This document shows, piece after piece, positions 26,530 through 35,916 of a stretch of DNA of 64,000 bases. Under the pieces are notes generated by a model. It saw only the letters and a program-made list of their open reading frames with translations. It was not told the DNA's origin and searched no databases. Position numbers and translations under genes: made by a program. Each line of letters starts with the position of its first letter. The first letter of the stretch is position 1. Source of the DNA: an uncultured Thermoplasmata archaeon (lineage in GTDB: Archaea; Thermoplasmatota; Thermoplasmata; Lutacidiplasmatales; UBA184); the NCBI GenBank assembly GCA_963787975.1, contig CAWBEU010000008.1, positions 221,583 through 285,582 of the forward strand, given 5' to 3'.

Positions 26530-29201
26530 TCAGGTTACGGAGGGCTCGGGGGCGAGGTCCCGGACCGTCCGGAGTGTCCAGACCGTGGCCCGGGTCCGCG
26601 GAACGTTGACCCGGGTCAGGAACCGGCGGACCGACCGGGCCCGGCCGGCGTCGCCCACGAGACAGAGTAGGAACGCCCCGGCGTCGCGGGCCTTGGCCCA
26701 ATCCCGCTCGATCCGTTCTCGCCGCGTGGCTCCCGAGACCTCCGCCTCGACGTGCACGTCCCGGCCCCCGAAGGCGCGCCACATCCACTCCCCCTGGCGG
26801 CGGTCCAGATAGGTGGCGAGGTCCGCGGGCCCCCAGCGCCGGTGGTCCCGGGGCAGCACCGTGACGCGGCCGTCCGGAAGCCGGGTGTCGAACCGACCCT
26901 GCCGCAGAATCTCGAGCCGCTCGTGGTGCCGGGCGAAGATGCGCAGGGCCGCTACCAGGAGGGCTCGATGCTCGGCGCTCTCCGGCCGCGCGCCGGTACG
27001 GGCGGTCAGCCCGACCCGGTCGGCGCCGGCGGGCGACAGGAGCAGCTCTTCTCCGTTCGCGCGGACCCATCCGCGTCGTCCGAGCGTCTCGAGGGTCTGG
27101 AGGCCGATGACGGGGTCGAACGCGTCGCCCTCGTCGAGCCATCGGAAGAGCCGGGGGCGTGTCGTGATCCCTCCCTCAGCCTCGAGGGCCACCAGGCCGA
27201 GCAGGAGATCCTCTTCCAGGGAATCGGAGGATAGGGCCGCGGCTCCGTCCCGGTACGGAACCGGAGAACCGTAGCCGGCGGTCGTTCGACGCACCAATTC
27301 CTGCCAGCCCAGGAGGTCCGAGGGCGGAGCGAGCGGCATCCCGACGAGTCGACGGTCGGCGCGGGAGCCGGTGGAGCTCACCATCGCCCAGCCCGGTGGA
27401 AGGGACGGCAGGATATTTTGCGCGGTGTCGGGACCGAGACCGGCCCACGCGCCGGTCGCCACCGCCGACGCCCACGGTACCCGGAAGAGGTAGACGGTGC
27501 CGGCCGCACCGGTGAGAGCGTCCCTCAGCTCCGGCGCCAGCCGAGCCGGGTACTGCGTCGCGACGACGAGTCCGAGGCCGAATTTCCGGCCCTCCGCGAC
27601 GATCTCGCTCAACAGCCGGGCGGGGAACAGGTGCGCCTCATCCAGGACGAACAGCACCCGGAGGTCGTCGGCCGGCTCCTCCCGCGCGGCGCGCCGGACC
27701 TCCTCCAGGTAGATCCGGGTCAAGAGGAGCGTTACGGCGAAAGTGACGCCCTCCGGCCCGAGCTCGCCCATCGGCAACCGCCAGATCACCGATTCCCCCG
27801 CGCGGAGACGGGGCCCCAGCTCCACTGACCGTTCGCGCGGGGCGAGGAGGGCGGTAAGCAGGGGCGAGCCCACGACCTTGGCCACCCGAGAGGCCGCCGG
27901 CCACAGGAACTCCGGTTGCCGGCGAACTATTCCGTCCAACTCTTCGAGGAACTGTACGATCTCCGGCCGCCCCGTGGTGAGCCGGGCCGCGTCGCGGCGC
28001 CGGGGGTCCGTGAGCAGGCTCCACAGGTCGACGAGGTCGCCGCCCTGTTCCTGGACGACGTGGAGAAACGTCTCGAACAGCCGTTCGAGCCGGAATCCCC
28101 AGAATGTCTCTCCGTTCTCGGTCGATAGTCGCTTGAAGGCGGCCACGAGGTGCGCGACGAGCGCCTCTCGGTCGGCCAGCGGGACCGGGCCGAAGACCGA
28201 CAGGCCCGGGATCGCTGCCGGAGTGCCCACGACGTCGATGCCGAGCAATCGGTCCCGGGTCTCGGGGGAAGCCCGGCCACGACCCGGGGGGCCAGGTCGC
28301 CGTGCACGTCGAAGAGGACCACCGAGCGGCGCTCCGCGAGCGCCTCCCGAGCCAGGTGGGCGAGGGCGGCGGTCTTGCCGGAACCCGAGGCGCCCAACAC
28401 CACCGCATGCCGGAGGCGAGGCTCGTCGTGAAGGTCGGGGCCGAGGGGGAACGGAGCCGCCAGGCCCACCAGTTCTCGGCGGAGCCGGTGCGGTCGGGCG
28501 CCTCCCCATCGGGGTCGAGCGCCCGAAGTCCATGCGCGTCGTAGGCGGCCCCAAGGGCGAATCTCCCGCACGACGAGTTCGACGCCCGGCTCCGGGTTCG
28601 CTACGCGGCGTAGGTGTACCTCGAGCGCTGACTCGAGCGCCCGGAGCGCTTCGGGTGTGGTCGCGGCGATGCGCCCCCGGACGGTCATCCAGACGTTCCC
28701 GTCGGAGCCGACGGTCCAGTGCGTCTGGGCACCTACCCAATAAGCAAGGCCCGACGGGAGGAGGTCGCAAGCGGGGGCCAGGAGATCCTTGGGAGGCGCG
28801 CGGTCGGCTCGACCCTCGGGTCGGCCCCCCGGGGAACGGGAAGGCGCAGGATCCTCGTTCGCATCGGCCGGGACTTGCGCTCGCGCGTCCAGGTCGATAC
28901 GAACCCAGGTCTCCACGAGTCCGGGGGGTGGCCCGCAGGCCCGGTCGCAGAGATTCCGCGACCAGTGGAGGGGAATCCCCTCGCGGAGGGTGTCCATCGC
29001 AAGCACGAGCGGGTCGGAGAAGGGAAGGAGGCGCACCTCCCCCCGCTGGCCGTCCCACCATTGCTCGATGAGCAACGCGTCCCCGGGGGAGGCCGAACGG
29101 AGGTGCTCGGCCACCCGGGACAGAAAAACGCCGAGCCAGTGCGGACCGGTCTGTGGCTCGACTCGGAGGGCCGGAATCGCCGTCGAGGGAGCCGGTGTCA
29201 C
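26530..29201 (-). CDS. FtsK/HerA/TraD-type P-loop ATPase fused to wHTH and restriction-endonuclease-like C-terminus (~890 aa; one frameshift)
   Basis: The N-part lies in the frame of ORF 27927..29384, starting at GTG 29201 (GTGA overlap with the upstream gene): ...HAVVLGASGSGKTAALAHL...VVLFDVHGDLAPRVVAGLP. The C-part lies in the frame of ORF 26530..29061: PETRDRLLGIDVVG...LRVLFVLDEAHLF...GRKFGLGLVVATQ...wHTH...ESAEHRALL..LPDGRV..DVHVEAEVSG. The frames join if the G5 run at 28264-28268 (plus strand) were G6. Confidence 0.75.
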
Positions 29202-29551
29202 GCGCCGCTCCGGCCCCGTCGGTCCAGTGTCCGCACCCGAGCGGCCACCGCCGGGAGTTGGTTGAGTCGGGCGAACTCGAGCAGGGCAGGGGTAGACGCT
29301 ACCCGCCGTACCGCCCGATGACGGTCCCAGAGCCGGACGACCCACACGAGACGCAGGTCCGGAAGTCGGTACAGCCGGGCCCATGGACGGTACGGTCCGG
29401 CGATCGGCACGCGCAGTCGACCGACGTACTCGACCCGGGGATCCGTGTCGAGCTCCTCAGGAATCGGGTAGGCGGTCTCGTCGAGCCAGCGAAGGGGTTC
29501 GGCGGGAACGGGTTGTCTCGATGCCGTTGAGAGGGCCACAGTGGGCTCCAT
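29198..29551 (-). CDS. Hypothetical protein (117 aa) translationally coupled to the ATPase gene
   Basis: ATG 29551 is preceded by GGAGGGAGG. Sequence begins MEPTVALSTASRQPVPAEPLRWLDETAYPIPEELD. Its stop overlaps the GTG of the next gene. No motif recognised. Confidence 0.5.
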   Translation of the reverse strand: MEPTVALSTASRQPVPAEPLRWLDETAYPIPEELDTDPRVEYVGRLRVPIAGPYRPWARLYRLPDLRLVWVVRLWDRHRAVRRVASTPALLEFARLNQLPAVAARVRTLDRRGRSGA

Positions 29552-30294
29552 TTTGCACACCTGGACCTCCCTCCGCCGGGCGGACCCACCGGAGAAGGGA
29601 GGGGGCGGTGGGTCCGGCGACATCGTCGGACGAGGACGTACCTCGCGCGACGGGAACGGCTCCGAAGGGGATCCGCGGCGGCAACGGGACCGCTGCCACG
29701 CCCCTCGATCGCCGGGGCCGGTCGAGAACGACCGGGAAGAGCTGCGCCGCCTCGTCCTCGGAGCGGGGGTCCGCCGGCGCCCGGTCCCGGTAGCCGGTCG
29801 GCTCCTCACGCTCCGGCGGTCGAGCCCGCCCAGGGCCTCGAACCGGACGCTAGCGGCGCAGGGTTGGAGCGCGGGTGACGACGGGGATCCGGGACGGGGT
29901 TCTCCCCGATCCGGAGGGGCGTCGAGCGACGCTCAATTCTCGGGTGCCGAGACCAGCGAGCATGCGACGGGGCAACGTTCCCAACGAACAGAACGCGGCG
30001 GGGTCGATGCGTGGGCGTGGCCAGGGACCGTACATGACGAACGGGAGAGAATCTCGTCGGGGGGTCCCATGGTTTCGGGTCTCGACGGAGGGTGAAGAAT
30101 GCCTTACTCACGGAGGGGCGCTGAAAAGTACAAGGGTGAAGGTCCCCCCCGCACGCGAGAGACGCGGTGCCGTCTCTCCTTTGCGATGTAGGGCGGGACC
30201 CTCGGGGTGGTGTGCAGAAGGAGCATCCGGGCCCGGGCTATTTGAGGCACCGAGGGAGGGGGACTGAAACACCCTCCCGAGAGGGCGTTCCGTC

Positions 30295-30762
30295 CTAGCG
30301 GCGTCGACCGGCGGAGGGAGCGGCGAGCGCCGGGGGAACGGCGGGCGGGCCCGTGGCCGGAGCGGCGCTCGCGGCTTTTCCCTTCAACCGGGGCAGGACC
30401 CACCGCTCGCCCCAGGCGCGAAGTTCGCGCGTGGCCGGAGCGAGACCGAGTCCCATCTCGGTCAACGAATAGACGACGCTGAATGGCCGGGTGCTGACGA
30501 CGGTGCGCTGGACGACGCCCGCGTTCTCGAGATATTTCAGGGTCGCGCTGAGGGTCTTGGCGTTCAAGCGGGCGTTGGAGCGCAAGAGCTCGCTGAATCG
30601 CTGCGGTCCATCCAGCAGCCGGTGCGCGATGGCGAGCCGCCATTCGGTACCGATGATCGAGATCGCCGCCATGACAGGGCAGAGTGCCCGTCCTTCGGCG
30701 GTGTAGGCTTCCTTGCCGGTGTGACCGTCCCCGGGGTGCGTGCGAGCGCTAGCGGACACCAT
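30295..30762 (-). CDS. HxlR-family winged-helix transcriptional regulator
   Basis: Motifs CPVMAAISIIGTEWRLAIAHRLLDGPQRFSELLRSNARLNAKTLSATLKYLENAGVVQR. ATG 30762 is preferred over GTG 30804 because an ATATATA box (30793-30799) lies between them. Confidence 0.8.
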   Translation of the reverse strand: MVSASARTHPGDGHTGKEAYTAEGRALCPVMAAISIIGTEWRLAIAHRLLDGPQRFSELLRSNARLNAKTLSATLKYLENAGVVQRTVVSTRPFSVVYSLTEMGLGLAPATRELRAWGERWVLPRLKGKAASAAPATGPPAVPPALAAPSAGRRR

Positions 30763-30940
30763 GTGCGCCGGGCGCAACCAGAGGCTGGCCGAATATATAC
30801 TCACCCATCTCTATCGAGTAACCAGGTTTTACCTCAGTGCGGACGGACCGCGTAGAGGGCCTCGGGCTACTCAACGCACCTTCCACTCACGCCCGCCCTC
30901 GGTCGGAGTACTTTTCTCCCGGACGCTCTCCGGCCCACCG

Positions 30941-31527
30941 ATGGCGCCGCGCCGAAAGGAGTACGAGCTCGCCGTGGAGCAGGAGCTGCCGGCGGCCGCG
31001 GACGGCGCACCCCGACGGGCCCGGCTGACGGCCCGGTTTACCGGCGAGTCGGGCGAAGCCGACTTGGACGACGCCGAGCTGGCCCGGTCGCTCCGGGAGC
31101 TCGCCGATCGATTGGCGCGTGCGTCGGAGGCCGCCGGCGTGGGGAGGGGTCCCGCTGCCGGGCCCCGTCCGGATCGGGCCCTGGGGGAGCTTCTCGAGAC
31201 CTATCGGCCTCGGCAGATGGAGCTCGTGGAACTTCTCCATGCCGATGGGGAGTTGACCGACGGGGAGTACGCGGTGCTGCGCGCCCGGGTGACGGAACGT
31301 CCCGCCGAGGTCGAGGAGCCGAGGACGCCGGCCGCGCCACCGGTGGCGGCTCCGAGGACCGGGGGCCGATCGGTGGAGGAGCTGCTGCGCACCTATCAGA
31401 TCGCGTCGTTGCGCCAAGCGGGTGCCGTCCGCGCCCGGCGGCAGATCTCTTTGAGGAGTACATGTCGCTCAAACGGCACTTCGCGGCCTCCGAGCCCGGA
31501 ACACCCGACCCCGGCCCGACGACCTAG
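30941..31527 (+). CDS. Hypothetical acidic/Arg-rich protein (~195 aa), apparent 1-nt deletion near the 3' end
   Basis: ATG 30941 (MAPRRKEYELAVEQEL). After ...AVRARRQIS the protein-like reading continues in another frame (FEEYMSLKRHFAASEPGTPDPGPTT, stop 31525-31527). The frames join if the T3 run at 31450-31452 were T4. Confidence 0.45.
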
Positions 31528-32858
31528 CGGGCGACCCACGGGACAAAGCCGACGAGCATCGTGCCCACGTCGGTGAAGCCGGCCCGCACCGCGAAGGTCT
31601 CGATTACTGGCTCGGCCGAGGGGTCGGCCCCTACCCGGCGACCGAGCCAGCTTCCGGCGCCTCCACCGCGACCCGAGATCTCACCCGCGGTCCGCAGCGC
31701 GCCGACGTAGGCCTCGCGGCGGACCGACTGCCGGGAGACCGCCCGAAGGAAGGCGCGGATCTCGTCGGCTCGTTCACCTCCCTCGACGCTGTTGAACGTA
31801 GCGCTTGCGAAGACGGCGAGGCCCCTCGATTCTGGCCGAGCAGCAGGGGTCGCCGTCGTGGGCATGGGAATGGACGGGAGCGCGGTCTCGGACTCCCGCT
31901 CCTCGGCGTCCGTAGCGAGCCGGCGCGGTTCGGCGACCTGCTCGCGTCGGATGGTCTCCATCCCCTCGACGAACTGGGACGCGACCTCGTCCGGCGATCC
32001 GGGGAGGTGCAGCGATACCATCCGGCTGATCCAGCCCTGACCGGCCAGCAGATTGCCGGCAGCCTCCACCGCATCGGCGGGGCCGGTCACGACCACGGGG
32101 CGCTGAACATTCCGCCCGACGAGCACGCTAGGGTCCCGGGGGCTATCCACGGTCATGGTGTCGGAGACGAGATTCTTCACCACCGACGATTCCTCCGGTC
32201 GGAGGGGAACGGTGGGCCCGCCCCCGACCCACTCGGGTCCCTCGCCCCGGTCGACCACCAGCGTCACGACGAGAGGTTCTCTGGCCGCCGCGCCCAAGCG
32301 ACCCCCGGCCGCGCCCGTGCCGAGCACCCGGGCTACGCGTACGGCGTCGACCGGTCCGGAGCGGGACGCTACCCGCTGCAGCAGGTCCCGCCACCGGCCC
32401 GGGTCCCATCCGGTCGGGGGACCGGCCGTGATCGAGAACGCTCCCGGCGACAGCAGGAGTAGCAACAGATCCTGGTCGTGCAGGTCGCTGACCAGCTCGA
32501 GCACGCTGGCCAGCGCCGCGGCGGATCCCGAGGAGCCCGGCCACGCGTCCGGCACGGCCATGCTCTGGAACTGGAGCACGTCCGGTGGCGGAACGGCACC
32601 GGCGGTCAGTCCCTGGGTGAGCCGCTCGCCCAGCATCTCCTGCGCGGCGAGTGCCATCGCCCCGGCGGCGTTTCCCAGCGCGACGAAGGCGATCTCCCGA
32701 AACCGGTCCACGGAGACGAACCGGTTCCCGATACGAAGGATATCGTCGTGCAGCCGGAGGCCGGCCCGGACCGCCCGATAGGCATCCGCGCCCTCGATCG
32801 CCGTGCGGAAGGCCGTCTGGAAGGGGGGGCGGGGTTCGAATGCGGGCGCATCCGGCAC
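31524..32858 (-). CDS. DUF4147/MOFRL (glycerate 2-kinase-like) domain protein, divergent
   Basis: 444 aa. IAFVALGNAAGAMALAAQEMLGERLTQG and DLLLLLLSPGAFSI resemble the glycerate-kinase N-domain pattern but with substitutions. Family call is by eye only. Confidence 0.45.
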   Translation of the reverse strand: MPDAPAFEPRPPFQTAFRTAIEGADAYRAVRAGLRLHDDILRIGNRFVSVDRFREIAFVALGNAAGAMALAAQEMLGERLTQGLTAGAVPPPDVLQFQSMAVPDAWPGSSGSAAALASVLELVSDLHDQDLLLLLLSPGAFSITAGPPTGWDPGRWRDLLQRVASRSGPVDAVRVARVLGTGAAGGRLGAAAREPLVVTLVVDRGEGPEWVGGGPTVPLRPEESSVVKNLVSDTMTVDSPRDPSVLVGRNVQRPVVVTGPADAVEAAGNLLAGQGWISRMVSLHLPGSPDEVASQFVEGMETIRREQVAEPRRLATDAEERESETALPSIPMPTTATPAARPESRGLAVFASATFNSVEGGERADEIRAFLRAVSRQSVRREAYVGALRTAGEISGRGGGAGSWLGRRVGADPSAEPVIETFAVRAGFTDVGTMLVGFVPWVAR

Positions 32859-32913
32859 GAGGAAGACTCCGCCGCTCGGGAGTCGCTCGGGGAGATATCC
32901 TTGGGGTGGACCG

Positions 32914-34081
32914 TCAACCGAGCTGAAGGCGCTCGACAGGCCGCCCCGCCCCGGGCGTCAGGAACCGGTCGATCGAGAACAGTCCGGGGTCCAGGTCGGA
33001 TTTCTCTCGGAGCACCGCTTGGGCTACGCGCCGGGAAGCGGCGGGGGCGAGCATGAATCCGTGGCCGCCGAAGCCGTTGGCGTGGACGAACCCGCGGAGC
33101 CGGGGATCCTCTCCGATCACGGGGAGGCCATCGTGGGTGTCGTCGTAGAAGCCCGACCAGGCGCGCAGGACCCCCAGATGCCGGGTCGAGGGCAGGATGC
33201 CCACGAGGGCGCGTGCCATCGCCCGCAGGAAGGCCGGAGAGCTCGGCATGCCCTGCCGCGTTCCGGTGGGATGCGCCAGCGAAAGCCCGCCCACGATCTC
33301 GCCGCGCATCGTTTGGCTGAAGTAGAGGCCGTCCCGAAGACGCGTGACCATCGGGTCGAGGAACGGCTTGAGCGGCTCCGTGGCGAGGATCTCGTGACGC
33401 GAGGCTCGATTCGGGACCGTAAGTCCGGCGAGGGCCGACAGATTGCTCGACCAACCGCCCGCCGCGTTCACGACCACGGTCGCGGCGAGGGGGCCCGCGG
33501 CCGTCGCAAGCCCGGCCACCTGTCCGTTCTCGACCCGGACCCCGGTCACTTCGGTACCCAACTGGAGCTCCACCCCCTGCCGGAGGATCGCCTCCTGGAG
33601 GGCCCACAGGGCCGGGAAGGGGTAGAGGGTCCCGTCGGAGTTCAGGTAGCTGCCGCCTACCATACCCTGGGTCTCGAGTCCGGGGGCGTACCGCGAGATC
33701 TCCTCCCGGTCGCACAAGCGTCCCGTCGAGGCCCTCGGACCGGACGGTCGAGATGACCTGAGCGAGATGTCGCTGTTCGGCCTCCGTCTCGGCGAGGAAG
33801 AGATAGCCTCCCTGCCGGAACCAGATGTTGTAGCCGAAGTCCCGGCCGAACCGGCGGTACGCCTCGACGGATTCACGAGCGAGGCGCACCGTCGCGCGCG
33901 TCTCCCATTGTTGACGGACGCCGCCGCCGTTTCGCCCGGAGGCGCCGTTCGAGAGCCAGCCGCGGTCGACGACCGTGATCGGGCCGGCCCCGGCCTGGGC
34001 GAGATGATACGCGGTGAACAATCCAAGAATGCCGGCCCCCACGATGACGATCCGGTCCGGGGGCTGGGGGGCGTGGATCAT
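32914..34081 (-). CDS. FAD-dependent oxidoreductase, DAO family (sarcosine oxidase beta / HcnC / proline dehydrogenase beta-like); one frameshift
   Basis: N-part (ORF 32606..34081 frame) reads RIVIVGAGILGLFTAYHLAQAG...GASGRNGGGV. C-part (ORF 32914..34026 frame) reads RLCDREEISRYAPGL...VVVNAAGGWS...GFGGHGFMLAP. The frames join at ~33722-33726, where the sequence appears to carry one extra base. Confidence 0.8.
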
Positions 34082-35748
34082 GGTCCCCCCGGCGTGGAAA
34101 TTTCCGGGAGCGGCTCCGGAAGCTCGGCTAGGGCGGAGAGGGGGGTCGGGATCACCGGCGGACGCTGCCGAATGTATCCGACCTCAGGAGGAGGCCGCCC
34201 TTCCAGGATCGACAGGAGGAGCAAGGCATCAGGCAGACAATAGCGGCCCTGGCAGAGCCCGGTGCCCAGCCCCGTGTACCGCTTTACCACCTCAAGGCCG
34301 CGGTACCCGCGCCCGACCGCGTCCCGGAGCTCATGGAGTAGCACGTCCTCGCACGCGCACGCGACCTGTTTGCCTCGGCCGGCCGGGAACCGGAGCCACT
34401 CCCGATAGTACCCTTCGAGCTCGTGCGGTCCATCCGGAGCGCGGACGGCGGCCGGGGGGACGTCGCGACCCAGGATCGCGTCGGCCGCCGCGAGCGCGCT
34501 CGCCTCTGCCGCTACCCCGTCGACGAACCCCGCGACTTCCCCAACGGCGAACAGTCCGGGGACACTGGTTCGACTCCCGGCCCCCAGGACAGGGAAGTAG
34601 CTCCCCGCGGTCCCCCGCCATTCCATCTGCGCGCCGGCCTGGAAGAGGAGCTGGGTATGCGGCACGCGGCGATGCGCGAGCACGATGGCGTCCACGGGCA
34701 CCGAGAACTCGGAGCCCCCGCCGCGAGCGTGGAGTTGTGCCCGCCGCACTCGGCCGCGCCCGGAGGCGGACAACAACAGGGTTCGCGGATACAGGTCGAT
34801 GGACAGGTCGGCGGCGCGTCGGGTCACCTCCGGGGAGATCGAGCCCGGGGCAACGATCGCCTCGGTACGGACGCCGAACCGATCCAGCATCTCGGCCGCC
34901 CGAGGGCCACCCCCGACGATCAGCGCTCGATGGAAAGGAGGTGCGCGGTCGCCGGGAGCCATCGCGACCGCTCCCTCGGCGGTCATCACCCCGGGACGGT
35001 CGTTCCCGCTGAACAACAACGACGCGTCATATGCCCCGGAAGCGACCACGACGGCGCGAGACCGGAACAGGCGACCCCGGTCGGGGTCCTCGAGCACGAC
35101 CGTTTCGAACCCTCGGTCCTGCCCCGGACCGGGAGGAGGCAGGAACACCGCCGTCGCCTGGGGGAACAGGACAACCCCCGGCGGGGGCGCGGGGATGGCT
35201 CCCCGATCGAGGAGACCCACCGAGCGGCCGCCTTCGACGAGTCGCTGGCTGGCCTGCCGACCGGCGGGTCCGGCCCCTATCACTAGAACGTCGAGCTCGA
35301 CAGGAGCGGACTCGGCCGGGGAGTCGGTGACCGCGGTCGAGGCAATCGAACCGTATCCCGCCATCCGGCGAACGACCCGCTGCATCCACGGGGTTGCCCA
35401 CGCCGGCCAGCGAAAGCCATGGAGCATGTCGAGCCCGCGCGGGAGGAGGAAATCGAGGATTCCCATCAGATCGTGCTGCGGCGAGGGCCAGGCGTTGGAG
35501 GTGGTGACCGTATCCCCAGAGCGAGGCACGTAGCGGCAGGCCCGGACGTTCGGCTCTCCGTTCACCCGAACTAGGCAATTCGCACAGTGACCGATGCCGC
35601 AGAACGGCGCGCGAGGCCGATGGTAACGGATCGAGCGCTGGAGTATGGGGAGTCCCCTTCGGGCGAGGTGCTGGAGGAGGGTTTCGTCGGCCTCCGCCGA
35701 CTCCGGCCGCCCGCGGAAAGTGAACGGAGTCGGCGGGGAGGAATCCAT
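34078..35748 (-). CDS. 2Fe-2S + FAD/NAD(P) oxidoreductase + BFD-like [2Fe-2S] fusion (SoxA/HcnA-HcnB/OoxA-like alpha subunit)
   Basis: 556 aa. N-terminal Cys cluster PFCGIGHCANCLVRVNGEPNVRAC, dinucleotide fold DVLVIGAGPAGRQAS and ALIVGGGPRAAE, BFD-like CACEDV...GLGTGLCQGRYC. ATGA overlap with the beta-subunit gene. Confidence 0.75.
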   Translation of the reverse strand: MDSSPPTPFTFRGRPESAEADETLLQHLARRGLPILQRSIRYHRPRAPFCGIGHCANCLVRVNGEPNVRACRYVPRSGDTVTTSNAWPSPQHDLMGILDFLLPRGLDMLHGFRWPAWATPWMQRVVRRMAGYGSIASTAVTDSPAESAPVELDVLVIGAGPAGRQASQRLVEGGRSVGLLDRGAIPAPPPGVVLFPQATAVFLPPPGPGQDRGFETVVLEDPDRGRLFRSRAVVVASGAYDASLLFSGNDRPGVMTAEGAVAMAPGDRAPPFHRALIVGGGPRAAEMLDRFGVRTEAIVAPGSISPEVTRRAADLSIDLYPRTLLLSASGRGRVRRAQLHARGGGSEFSVPVDAIVLAHRRVPHTQLLFQAGAQMEWRGTAGSYFPVLGAGSRTSVPGLFAVGEVAGFVDGVAAEASALAAADAILGRDVPPAAVRAPDGPHELEGYYREWLRFPAGRGKQVACACEDVLLHELRDAVGRGYRGLEVVKRYTGLGTGLCQGRYCLPDALLLLSILEGRPPPEVGYIRQRPPVIPTPLSALAELPEPLPEISTPGGP

Positions 35749-35882
35749 GAGAGAGACTAGCGGCGACGATGCGTGGGCCTATTTGAGGCGGCGCTCGGCG
35801 TTCCCTCGCCGAAAGTGGAGGGGTGCCCTCTCCTCATGATTTCGAGGAAAAAACCGCTCAAGCCGACGCGCGAACCAGCATC

Positions 35883-35889
35883 TATATAG
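35883..35889 (+). promoter_or_regulatory. TATA box (TATATAG) upstream of the PhoU/AbrB regulator gene
   Basis: Its centre lies ~31 nt upstream of ATG 35917. Confidence 0.45.
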
Positions 35890-35916
35890 ACTCAAGGTGG
35901 GTCCGACATTCTACCT

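Noticed and set aside
29552-30294. Possible RNase P RNA, suggested by strings resembling CR-II (AGGGUGAAGG near 30133) and CR-IV (ACAGAAC near 29988).
   Set aside because: The motif order on the strand is wrong (the CR-IV-like string precedes the CR-II-like one). No GAGGAAAGUCC-type CR-I/P4 element was found on either strand.
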